DNA of 64,000 nt. It comes from an uncultured Eubacteriales bacterium. Its GTDB lineage: Bacteria; Bacillota; Clostridia; Lachnospirales; Anaerotignaceae. Shown one piece after another: positions 37,543 through 46,254 of this stretch. Where the stretch lies: positions 5,389-69,388 of the forward strand of contig CATJUP010000106.1 in assembly GCA_949743655.1 (NCBI GenBank), given 5' to 3'. Below the pieces are notes generated by a model. It had not been told where the DNA came from. It did no database searches and saw only the letters and a list, made by a program, of their open reading frames with translations. The position numbers were made by a program, and so were the translations under genes. Position 1 is the stretch's first letter, and every line of letters begins with the position of its first letter.

Positions 37543-39147
37543 TTGATTAACTCAACTTTTGGAAATTTTATGACAGCAAGACTTGGTATGAGCGTTGCCC
37601 AAAAGGGTTTAAGCGTTACAGGTCAAAATATATCAAATATAAGCACTGTAGGTTACACAAGGCAAAGGCTTGACCAAGTTAGTTTAAATGTTGGTGGCGG
37701 CTCTAACAGATATTCATCTAAATTTTCAACAAATATAGGCAATGGCGCTCTTGTAAATAGAGTGGCGCAGGTTAGAGACCCTTTTCTTGACAGACGTTAC
37801 CGCAAAGAATTAGGAAAGGTTGGAGAGTACGACAGATGGCTTGCTGGTCTTGATGAGTTGGCAGGTGTTTTAGATGAAGTTACCCTCACAGAAGAAGGCG
37901 GCGGAATAAACAAACAATTACAGGATTTACAAAGTAAACTTGATAAACTATCGTCTAATGTTGGTAACGGCGAGTTTGATACAATGGTAAAATCTTCGGC
38001 AGAGTCACTTGTTAAACTCCTTAACTCAGCAGCATCATCATTAGAAGGTTTAAAAGAAACTCAAATAGAAGATATAGAACAAATTGATATTCCAGACATA
38101 AACAATATATTAAAAAACATACAACAGCTTAATTTATCAATACGTAATAGCGAAATACATGGTAACGAGGCTTTAGAGCTTAGAGACCAAAGAAATTTAC
38201 TTATAGACGATTTAGCTACATACTTTAATATAGAAGTAAGATATACAGACGAGAAAATATCAGACGCCACAAGCGTTGAAAAACTTACAATAAACCTTGT
38301 TAAAAGCGATGGCACTAAAATAGATTTAATAAACGATGACGAAGCGCGTCAGTTTAAAATTGAGGAAGACGCGGCTACAGGAAAATGGAATTTAAGTGTT
38401 TCGCCACAAACTTATAAATCTGAAGATATAGAAAATATTACTGATACTTTTGTTCAAATAACTGCTGATGAACTTGGAACGGGTTCTATAAAATCGGCGC
38501 TTAATTTATTAAATAACGGCGGTGAGTTTGATAACCCACCTACTACAAAAGGAATACCATATTATCAAAAGTCACTTGATTTGTTAGCTCAACAGCTTGC
38601 TACAACACTTAATGACGCTAATAACTTAAAGGGAACAGGTAATGACATGACTGGACACGACCTTTTTGAGTCAAATGACGGTAACCCTATAACAGCGGCT
38701 AACATAATGGTAGCTACAGGCTGGGCTAATAACTCTTACGGCATTACAGCATCTCAAGACCCTAATGCGCCTTCAGGAGACAATACAAATATTACTCATA
38801 TGATTTCGCTTATGAAAGAATCAATGAAATTTATGGCTCCAGACCCAACAAACCCAGCAGGTACTGGTAACCAAATTTTTGAGGGTACATTCCAAGAGTT
38901 TTTTGTTAATATGGGTATTACGCTTGGTCTTGACCAAGACTCAACGGCTGATGTACTTAAAAACCATGTTTCTATGGCATCAAGCATAAGTGATGACCGT
39001 GACAATGTATCAGGCGTTTCTCTTGATGAGGAAGGTATGAACATGTTGCAGTATGGAAAGGCTTACAGCGCCGCAGCAAGACTTATGACAACGCTTGATG
39101 AGGCACTTGATACGCTTATTAACAAAATGGGTGTTGTTGGTAGATAA
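37543..39147 (+). CDS. flgK: Hook-associated protein 1 FlgK
   Basis: STFGNFMTARLGMSVAQKGLSVTGQNISNISTVGYTRQ; C-terminal SLDEEGMNMLQYGKAYSAAARLMTTLDEALDTLIN; TTG after AAGGAGG. Confidence 0.93.
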   Translation: MINSTFGNFMTARLGMSVAQKGLSVTGQNISNISTVGYTRQRLDQVSLNVGGGSNRYSSKFSTNIGNGALVNRVAQVRDPFLDRRYRKELGKVGEYDRWLAGLDELAGVLDEVTLTEEGGGINKQLQDLQSKLDKLSSNVGNGEFDTMVKSSAESLVKLLNSAASSLEGLKETQIEDIEQIDIPDINNILKNIQQLNLSIRNSEIHGNEALELRDQRNLLIDDLATYFNIEVRYTDEKISDATSVEKLTINLVKSDGTKIDLINDDEARQFKIEEDAATGKWNLSVSPQTYKSEDIENITDTFVQITADELGTGSIKSALNLLNNGGEFDNPPTTKGIPYYQKSLDLLAQQLATTLNDANNLKGTGNDMTGHDLFESNDGNPITAANIMVATGWANNSYGITASQDPNAPSGDNTNITHMISLMKESMKFMAPDPTNPAGTGNQIFEGTFQEFFVNMGITLGLDQDSTADVLKNHVSMASSISDDRDNVSGVSLDEEGMNMLQYGKAYSAAARLMTTLDEALDTLINKMGVVGR

Positions 39148-39175
39148 AATAAATTTATGAAAGGAGGTAATTAAA

Positions 39176-40186
39176 ATGAATACACGTATAAGTACAAAAT
39201 CAATAATAAGCGGTTACGGGCGTAACCTTAATAAAACAATATCAAACTTAAATGCCTCAAGAACGAGGGTTTTAACTAAAAGAAATTTTAACTCTATAGC
39301 AGAAAACCCAGCGTCAGCTACAAGATCTTATAAACTTTGGCGCAGTTATAACGAAACAGCCGATTATTTAGAAAACACAAAGTCAACCGAGGAACTTATA
39401 GACAGTGTATCATCAAGCGCGCTGCAAGTAAGTAAACTTTATTCTGGCACAATAAGCGAGGATGTTTTAAGGTCTATAAATGGCACTATGGATATAGACG
39501 CGCGTAAAACATACGCAACAACACTTAGAGGCATGCAAGAGGCTATTGTTTTAAATATGAATAGCACTTATGGCGACAGATTTCTTTATAATGGTGCCGA
39601 CACTAAAAACCCGCCTTTTGAACTTAGTGAAGACGGACTTACACTTACTTACAGAGGAAAAGATGTAAATGACCCAGCTGTTCAAGATGAGCTTAAAGCG
39701 CTTACTGAAGAGACATTGTTTATTGACATAGGTCTTGGAATGAAAGAAATGACTGGTACTTCAAGCGTTCAAAAAGACAGCGCTTTTAACACTGCTATAA
39801 GCGGTTTGGATATGCTTGGATATGGAAATACTGATACAGGCGTAAGCAAAAATGCTGTAACACTTTTAGGTCAAATGGCTCAAGAGCTTGAAAAAGAAGA
39901 GTTAGACGATGACAGATTTGGTGAACTTTTAACTCAATTTAAAACATCAAAAAGTCAAATAGCAGATTTTGTTGCTGACTTAGGAACAAAAAGTGAATTT
40001 TTGGAAAACAACCAAAAAAGACTTGAAAAAAATGCAGACTCTCTTAATGAGCAAATTCTCGCTGTGGATTATGTTGATATGCCAGAGGCTATAAGCGATT
40101 ATATATGGCAGCAATACGCTTACAATGCCGCTTTAAAAGTGGGAACAAGTATATTGTCACAATCGTTTATTGATTTTATAAGTTAA
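39176..40186 (+). CDS. flgL: Hook-associated protein 3 FlgL
   Basis: Flagellin-fold termini (MNTRISTKS...; C-terminal AISDYIWQQYAYNAALKVGTSILSQSFIDFI) directly after flgK. Confidence 0.88.
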   Translation: MNTRISTKSIISGYGRNLNKTISNLNASRTRVLTKRNFNSIAENPASATRSYKLWRSYNETADYLENTKSTEELIDSVSSSALQVSKLYSGTISEDVLRSINGTMDIDARKTYATTLRGMQEAIVLNMNSTYGDRFLYNGADTKNPPFELSEDGLTLTYRGKDVNDPAVQDELKALTEETLFIDIGLGMKEMTGTSSVQKDSAFNTAISGLDMLGYGNTDTGVSKNAVTLLGQMAQELEKEELDDDRFGELLTQFKTSKSQIADFVADLGTKSEFLENNQKRLEKNADSLNEQILAVDYVDMPEAISDYIWQQYAYNAALKVGTSILSQSFIDFIS

Positions 40187-40232
40187 TAATAAATTTAGTT
40201 ATAAGTTATAATGTAAGTGGGGTGTAATTATT

Positions 40233-40844
40233 ATGGAACCTTTAATAAAAATTACAAATGTACCTATAGTTTTTGAGATGAAAATTAATAAAGCTCGTCT
40301 TGAGTATAAAAATGGTACGGCAGATTTAGAAATAAGCCGCAACAAAGGCGGCATGAAAATAAGCAGCAGCCCTATACGTCTTAATATAGACACATTTCAG
40401 GCGAGAGACTCAATAAGACCAGCGTCTGTAGGCAGTAGTATAAAAAATTATGCGGCACAAGGTAAATCTTCGGTTTATGAAACTATGTCGGCTACCATGC
40501 AAGAGGGGAAACTTATGCTAAAAGCGAAACTTGGAGAAGATGCTATAGGTAACATAATAGCATCTAAAACAGGAAAGTATTTTGAAGTTCCCGATATAGG
40601 TATAGATTTTATACCACACTCTAAAGCGGAACTTAGTTGGTCTCAACCTGATATTACAATAGATTACGAAATGGACAAAATGAATTTTGACTGGAGAGTT
40701 TTAAAAGGGGATTTTGAGTTTATACCAGGTAATATTGAGATGAACATAACGCAGTATCCAGGTGTTAATATTGAGTATGTAGGCGGACCTATATATGTTC
40801 CTCCAAGCTCTGACCCAAGTTCTCAGATTGATGTTAAAGCCTAA
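40233..40844 (+). CDS. yviE: YviE-like protein (DUF6470 family) of late flagellar operons
   Basis: 203-aa protein between flgL and fliW, as in the B. subtilis flgL-yviE-fliW-csrA order. Confidence 0.6.
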   Translation: MEPLIKITNVPIVFEMKINKARLEYKNGTADLEISRNKGGMKISSSPIRLNIDTFQARDSIRPASVGSSIKNYAAQGKSSVYETMSATMQEGKLMLKAKLGEDAIGNIIASKTGKYFEVPDIGIDFIPHSKAELSWSQPDITIDYEMDKMNFDWRVLKGDFEFIPGNIEMNITQYPGVNIEYVGGPIYVPPSSDPSSQIDVKA

Positions 40845-40866
40845 TTTTTAAATGAGGTGGAATGTT

Positions 40867-41304
40867 ATGGATATAATGACAAAATATTTTGGACAGCTAT
40901 CGTTTGAAGAAAACGAGATAATATGTTTTGATGATGGTCTTTTTGGTTTTGATGAACTCCATAAGTTCGCTCTTATACGTTTTGATAATGAAAACGGAAA
41001 TATGCTTTGTCTTCAAAGTCTTGATAAAAGTGAAATTGCTTTTACAATTATAAATCCGTTTGCCTTTATTCCGGACTATAAGCCGTGCCCAGCGGAGTAT
41101 GATTTGAAAAAAATAGGACTGTCAAACGAAAAAGAGGCGCTGTTTTATAATGTTTGTGTAATACATGATAAAATTAAAGAAAGCACTGTAAATATGAGAT
41201 GTCCTATTGTTATTAATATTGATAACAGAAAAGCCGTGCAAGTTGTGCTTGATGGTAACTACTCCTTTAAACATCCGTTTATTGATTTGATAAAGGAGGA
41301 GTGA
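40867..41304 (+). CDS. fliW: Flagellar assembly factor FliW (CsrA antagonist)
   Basis: MTKYFGQLSFEENEIICFDDGLFGFDELHKFALI.. typical FliW; ATG 40867 after GAGGTGG. Confidence 0.92.
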   Translation: MDIMTKYFGQLSFEENEIICFDDGLFGFDELHKFALIRFDNENGNMLCLQSLDKSEIAFTIINPFAFIPDYKPCPAEYDLKKIGLSNEKEALFYNVCVIHDKIKESTVNMRCPIVINIDNRKAVQVVLDGNYSFKHPFIDLIKEE

Positions 41305-41309
41305 TGCCA

Positions 41310-41555
41310 ATGCTTATATTACGCAGAAAAATAGGCGAGTCAATTAAAATAAACAACAATGTGGATGTAACAATAGTTGAGGTAAGCGGTGACGTGGTAA
41401 AATTAGCTATTAATGCGCCTAAAGAAGTGAGTATTGTTAGAAGTGAACTTCTTATGGCTGCTGATGTAAATAAGGAGTCGGCAGCGCAAAAATCGGATTT
41501 ATCGCTGTTGAGGGATATTTTGAAAAAAACGGAGAGCAGCGAAAGGGAGAAATAG
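41310..41555 (+). CDS. csrA: Carbon storage/translation regulator CsrA
   Basis: MLILRRKIGESIKINNNVDVTIVEVSGDVVKLAINAPKEVSIVRSEL; the start could also be 41304. Confidence 0.95.
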   Translation: MLILRRKIGESIKINNNVDVTIVEVSGDVVKLAINAPKEVSIVRSELLMAADVNKESAAQKSDLSLLRDILKKTESSEREK

Positions 41556-41604
41556 GTAATGCGCCTAAACACACTTAAATTAGCTAAAAATAAAACAAAT
41601 TAAA

Positions 41605-41640
41605 ATATAGCCTTTTTTTGACAAAAGGCTATATTTTTTT
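41605..41640. terminator. Rho-independent terminator after csrA (also faces the cheB 3' end)
   Basis: 12-bp stem ATATAGCCTTTT/AAAAGGCTATAT, 6-nt loop, T6 run. Confidence 0.85.
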
Positions 41641-41647
41641 ACGTTTT

Positions 41648-42694
41648 TTACAAATTAAGTTGTTTAAGTTTTTGTATAATTAAATCGGGTACTTTTTCAC
41701 AAGCTGCCTGGATACATACACCACCAATGTTGTAAGCTACCATTGGCATACCATATACTACACAAGACTCTTTAGACTGACCTATTGTATAAGCGCCATT
41801 TTGACGCATTTTTAAAAGCCCTTTAGCGCCGTCACTTCCCATTCCTGTTAATATAACGCCTATAGCGTTGGCTTTAGCTGTTTCGGCAACAGAATTAAAA
41901 AGAACGTCTACACTTGGTTTGTGTCCGCTTACTTTTTCACCTTCAGAGCAGCTTATACTATATCGGTTTCCTATACGCACAACACGCATTTGTTTGTCAC
42001 CAGGCGCTATATATGCACAGCCGCTTGTTACTATGTCGCCGTTTTGTGCCTCTTTTACAGATATTTGGCACAGTCTGTCAAGGCGTTCGGCATACATTTT
42101 GGTAAATCCGGGCGGCATATGCTGTGTAACTACTATTCCAGGAAGGTTTTTAGGCAAGTCTTTTAAAACACTCAATGTAGCCTCTGTACCGCCTGTTGAG
42201 GCGCCTATAGCTATTATCATACTATCTAATTTTGATGTAGAAGAAAATGCTATGTTGGACATAGGCGCTCTTATGCCAGCATTTGGCTTTGGAGGATGAA
42301 CCTGTGCTTTTGAGGCTATTATAATTTTTCTGTGTAATTCTGATATAAAAATATTTGTTGGCTGCTGAGGAATAGGCTTTCTTACAAAGTCAACAGCGCC
42401 AGCAGATAAAGCCTCAAATACATTGAGATTGAGTGATGAAACAAGTATAACTGGTATAGGGTTTTCGGGTATTAACTGTTTTAAAAAGTCTATACCACTT
42501 AAACCAGGCATTTCAACATCAAGAGTAACTACATCAGGTTTTAATATTGGGATTTTTCTTTTGGCGTCAAACGCGTTTGGACAAGTACCTAATATCTCAA
42601 TATCTTTGTATGCTGATAAACCGTCTGTTAAAACTTTTCTAAATAATATTGAATCGTCAACGACCAAAACTTTAAGTTTATTATTTAATACCAT
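41648..42694 (-). CDS. cheB: Chemotaxis methylesterase/deamidase CheB
   Basis: N-terminal REC (VLVVDDS..VTLDVEMPGLSG) plus CheB esterase domain (GASTGG, HMPPGFT). Confidence 0.95.
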   Translation of the reverse strand: MVLNNKLKVLVVDDSILFRKVLTDGLSAYKDIEILGTCPNAFDAKRKIPILKPDVVTLDVEMPGLSGIDFLKQLIPENPIPVILVSSLNLNVFEALSAGAVDFVRKPIPQQPTNIFISELHRKIIIASKAQVHPPKPNAGIRAPMSNIAFSSTSKLDSMIIAIGASTGGTEATLSVLKDLPKNLPGIVVTQHMPPGFTKMYAERLDRLCQISVKEAQNGDIVTSGCAYIAPGDKQMRVVRIGNRYSISCSEGEKVSGHKPSVDVLFNSVAETAKANAIGVILTGMGSDGAKGLLKMRQNGAYTIGQSKESCVVYGMPMVAYNIGGVCIQAACEKVPDLIIQKLKQLNL

Positions 42695-42719
42695 TTTTAA
42701 TCAATCCTTTAATTTGTTG

Positions 42720-43526
42720 TTACTTTCTATATGTAGCCGGCATAATGTATTTATATGGTACAGCGGCACGGTTTACACTTTCGGAATGACCTATCAATAA
42801 ATACCCACCTGGATTTGTAGCGTTGTAAAAACGGTTTACAAGAGCATCTTTTGTTGGTTGGTCAAAATAAATCATAACATTACGGCAGAATATAACATCA
42901 AATTTCATTTTAAAATTTATTGGGTCCATAAGATTAAATGTTCTAAAAATAACATTATCTTTAACCGCTTTTGTTACACATACTTTAGAAGGATTAGTGG
43001 TTTTGGAAAAATATGATGTTTTCCAATGTGGAGGAACCTCTTTTATAGATTCTATAGCATATTCACCTTTCATAGCAGTAGAAAGTACGTTTTGAGAAAT
43101 ATCGGTAGCTAATATCCTTGTGTCCCAGCCAGGTTGTTTAGAAAAATAATCTTTTAAAAGCATCGTTAAAGTGTATGGCTCCTCGCCAGAAGAACAGCCA
43201 GCACTCCATATGCTTAAAATTTTGCTGGTTTTTTTAGTCTCGGCAAGATAAGGAAGTATTGTGTCTTTAAAAAAATCAAAATGTTCCCTCTCACGCATAA
43301 AGTATGTGTAGTTTGTTGTAAGTTTATTAAGCATTAAGTCAATATCGTTTTTGTTTTTTGTTGTTGTAATGTACTTTACATAGCTTGAAAAGTCGCTATA
43401 GCCTTTTTCTTTTAATGTATTTGACAGTCTGCTTTCTATAAGCTGCTTTTTTCGTGACAAATCTATACCAAAATTATGCTGTACAAAATTTACTAATTTT
43501 GTAAAGTCTTCTTGTAATATATTCAT
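42720..43526 (-). CDS. cheR: Chemotaxis methyltransferase CheR
   Basis: YFMREREHFDF, IWSAGCSSGEEPYTLTM, FCRNVMIYFD. Confidence 0.95.
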   Translation of the reverse strand: MNILQEDFTKLVNFVQHNFGIDLSRKKQLIESRLSNTLKEKGYSDFSSYVKYITTTKNKNDIDLMLNKLTTNYTYFMREREHFDFFKDTILPYLAETKKTSKILSIWSAGCSSGEEPYTLTMLLKDYFSKQPGWDTRILATDISQNVLSTAMKGEYAIESIKEVPPHWKTSYFSKTTNPSKVCVTKAVKDNVIFRTFNLMDPINFKMKFDVIFCRNVMIYFDQPTKDALVNRFYNATNPGGYLLIGHSESVNRAAVPYKYIMPATYRK

Positions 43527-43537
43527 ATTGACACCTC

Positions 43538-44014
43538 TTATGCTTTAATAAGTGCCTCATGGTCTAATGAGAGCATAGTTGTTCCGTCTGATAAAGTAAT
43601 TATTCCATTTATAAGCTCATTATTGTTATTAGCAGTAGGCGGAGCTATAAGATTTGTGTTAATATCAAGCACTTGGCTTACACTGTCAACAGTAATGCCA
43701 ATGCTTACAGAATTTATGTTAAGCACTATAATGCAGTTTGTGCCTTCTGGTTTTTCAGCCTCAGGTTTGCCCATAAGCAAACGTATGTCAATAATAGCTA
43801 TGGTTTGACCTCTTAAATTTATAATGCCTTTAATAAAGTAAGGAACCATAGGTAAAAATGTTACATTGTGATTAATAATAATTTCGGTTACATATGAGGC
43901 GTCAATACCAAAAACAAGATTATCTGATATAAATGTAAGGAATTTTTTTATTGTTTCCGCTTCTTCTGTATCTAAATCGTCAACGGATAAAAGCTGGTCA
44001 TTTGTTTTAGACAT
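43538..44014 (-). CDS. cheW: Chemotaxis coupling protein CheW
   Basis: 158 aa; FGIDASYVTEIII..IKGIINLRGQTIAIIDIRLL. Confidence 0.93.
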   Translation of the reverse strand: MSKTNDQLLSVDDLDTEEAETIKKFLTFISDNLVFGIDASYVTEIIINHNVTFLPMVPYFIKGIINLRGQTIAIIDIRLLMGKPEAEKPEGTNCIIVLNINSVSIGITVDSVSQVLDINTNLIAPPTANNNNELINGIITLSDGTTMLSLDHEALIKA

Positions 44015-44034
44015 TAATAATTTCCTCCCCTAAT

Positions 44035-46143
44035 TTAGTTAAAATTGTGGACTTTCGTATATAAGTTTTGAGTATCAAGAATTATACTTATATTGCCGTC
44101 ACCTAATATTGTACAGCCCGAAATTCCAGAACTTTTAAGGTCAAATGGATTTAAGTATGTAGGCAAAGGTTTTACTACTACTTGCTGTTCTCCCAAAATC
44201 TCATCAACAAAAAGGCAATATGACTTTTCACCAGATTCAACCCATATTACAATACCGTCTTCTATATTTGTAATATCTGTTTTAAGATTATATATTTCAT
44301 GCAGTCTTATAACAGGTAAAAATTCGTTCATGCGTTTAATTACCTCTGTGCTGTCAACGTTATGTATAATTTCTTGAGAGGTAGCTTTAAACGACTGACG
44401 TATATTGTTTATAGGTATTGTAAATGTTGAGTTTCCAACAGCAATTTCCATACCGTCAACTATAGCCATTGTAAGAGGGATTTTAAGCGTTACGCATGAA
44501 CCCTTACCAAATTCACTTGATATTGAAACAACGCCGCCAACTTTTTCTATATTCTTTTTTACAACGTCCATACCAACGCCACGCCCTGAATACTCGGTAA
44601 CAACCTCGTTTGTAGAAAAACCAGGCATCATGAGAAGACCAAGAATTTCTTTTTTAGAATATTCTGTCTCAGGTTTGGTCAATATACCATTTCTTGCGGC
44701 TTTTTGAAGTATAGCGTCAGTGTCCATACCGCGTCCGTCATCCTCAACGGATATTATAACCTCGCTGCCAGTGTGTTCGGCTTTAAGTATTATTTTTGCT
44801 TTAGCTGGTTTTCCAGCATCAATTCTTTCCTGAGCGTTTTCTTCAACACCATGGTCCATAGAATTACGTACTATATGCATTATAGGGTCGCCTATACTAT
44901 CAACAATGGCTTTGTCAACCTCTGTATCCTCACCTATTAAAACAAGCTCTGTATCCCTGTTTAATTTTTGACTCATGTCACGCACGATACGGTTCATTTT
45001 TTGGAACACACCAGATATAGGCACCATTCTTACAGACATAACTGTATCTTGAAGCTCATCGGTAAGTTTACGTAATTGACGAGCCGATTTTGTAAAATTA
45101 TCAAGTTTAAGTCCAACAAGGTCTGGAGAAGAAGTTACCATTGACTCGGTTATTACTATTTCTCCTACAATAGCCATAAGAGCATCAAGTTTAGAAAGAT
45201 TAACGCTTATAAGACTTTGTTTTACCTGTGTGTTGCTGCTTGATGCACCTGCATCTTTTTTGGTTTTAGCAGGAGGAGCAGTTTTAGGTTTAACATCTGT
45301 TTTAGAGTCCTCTTTAGGTTCTTCCTTTTTAGGCTCTGGTTCGGATGCGTTTTCTATAAGCTCATAAGAAAGTATATTACTTTGGCTTTTTAAAACGCTG
45401 AGAGTTTTTTCGGCAAACTCTTTTGTTTTAAAGCCCATAAAAAATCCTTCATCAATTATGGCTTGAGAAGTAGCTGAGTTTGTTTCAACATCACTTGGAT
45501 AGAAAGTAAAATCTGAACAAAACTCACTAACTTGTGTTACAAGCAAAAATGCTCTTAAATTTTCCATACCACAGCCTTCGTCAAAAAATATTTTTACAAA
45601 ATATGGCGAACTGTCTGGAAGAGCATCGGAAGATTTTTCTGCTGTTTTACTGTCTCCTGTTGGAGCAGCATTTTTGTCGCTTTCGGCAGCTTCTTCAGCC
45701 TCGCTACCATTAAGATGTGTAGTAATTTTATTGATAAAATCATTAATCTTTTCTAATTGACTGTCGATATTATCAGTAAGCGGTTCGTTACTTTCTATTT
45801 TTTCGATTTCAGAGCGCATAAAGTCAACTGCTCCGAATACTATGTCAAATAACATATGACGGTCACTTTCGGGGCATAACTCGTCAAAAGTATCAACGCC
45901 TTTATCGCGGATAAGGAAAAATAAATCTTCTGTTTTATGAGCTATTTTCATTAAAGAGGAGAATTCCATCATTGCTGATGAACCCTTGATTGTGTGCATT
46001 GTACGGAAAATCTCATTTACATCATCTACGGTGAAACGTTTGGATTTTTCAGCGTTAAGCAGTATACCGTCAAGCTGTTCTAAAAGTGTGTTTGTTTCAA
46101 ATAAATACATATCCAGCATGTTGTCCATACCGTTGTCCATCGT
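44035..46143 (-). CDS. cheA: Chemotaxis histidine kinase CheA
   Basis: HPt (FRTMHTIKGSSAMMEF), dimerisation, HATPase_c (DDGRGMD; GRGVGMDVV) and C-terminal CheW-like domain; ATG 46143 follows AAGGTGG (the ORF-track GTG 46152 overlaps the RBS). Confidence 0.95.
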   Translation of the reverse strand, partial: TMDNGMDNMLDMYLFETNTLLEQLDGILLNAEKSKRFTVDDVNEIFRTMHTIKGSSAMMEFSSLMKIAHKTEDLFFLIRDKGVDTFDELCPESDRHMLFDIVFGAVDFMRSEIEKIESNEPLTDNIDSQLEKINDFINKITTHLNGSEAEEAAESDKNAAPTGDSKTAEKSSDALPDSSPYFVKIFFDEGCGMENLRAFLLVTQVSEFCSDFTFYPSDVETNSATSQAIIDEGFFMGFKTKEFAEKTLSVLKSQSNILSYELIENASEPEPKKEEPKEDSKTDVKPKTAPPAKTKKDAGASSSNTQVKQSLISVNLSKLDALMAIVGEIVITESMVTSSPDLVGLKLDNFTKSARQLRKLTDELQDTVMSVRMVPISGVFQKMNRIVRDMSQKLNRDTELVLIGEDTEVDKAIVDSIGDPIMHIVRNSMDHGVEENAQERIDAGKPAKAKIILKAEHTGSEVIISVEDDGRGMDTDAILQKAARNGILTKPETEYSKKEILGLLMMPGFSTNEVVTEYSGRGVGMDVVKKNIEKVGGVVSISSEFGKGSCVTLKIPLTMAIVDGMEIAVGNSTFTIPINNIRQSFKATSQEIIHNVDSTEVIKRMNEFLPVIRLHEIYNLKTDITNIEDGIVIWVESGEKSYCLFVDEILGEQQVVVKPLPTYLNPFDLKSSGISGCTILGDGNISIILDTQNLYTKVHNFN

Positions 46144-46199
46144 GTGCACCACCTTAAATTTATATATAGTTTAAAATTAAAAATTACGCTTTAAATTTA

Positions 46200-46226
46200 A
46201 TATCGTCAAAAAATTGAAAATAATAA
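46200..46226 (-). promoter_or_regulatory. Candidate sigma-28-type promoter for cheA-cheW-cheR-cheB
   Basis: Minus strand reads TTAT-N15-GACGATAT ~55 nt upstream of the cheA ATG; the -35 match is weak. Confidence 0.35.
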
Positions 46227-46254
46227 TAGTTTCCGTAGATAGAAGGTGAATTTT

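Noticed and set aside
39176-40186. Could this 336-aa flagellin-fold protein be the missing flagellin?
   Set aside because: Its N-terminus (MNTRISTKS..NLNKT..) and its position directly after flgK fit FlgL (HAP3). It lacks the typical flagellin MRINHN..AALNA start and sits inside the flgM-flgN-flgK-flgL unit.
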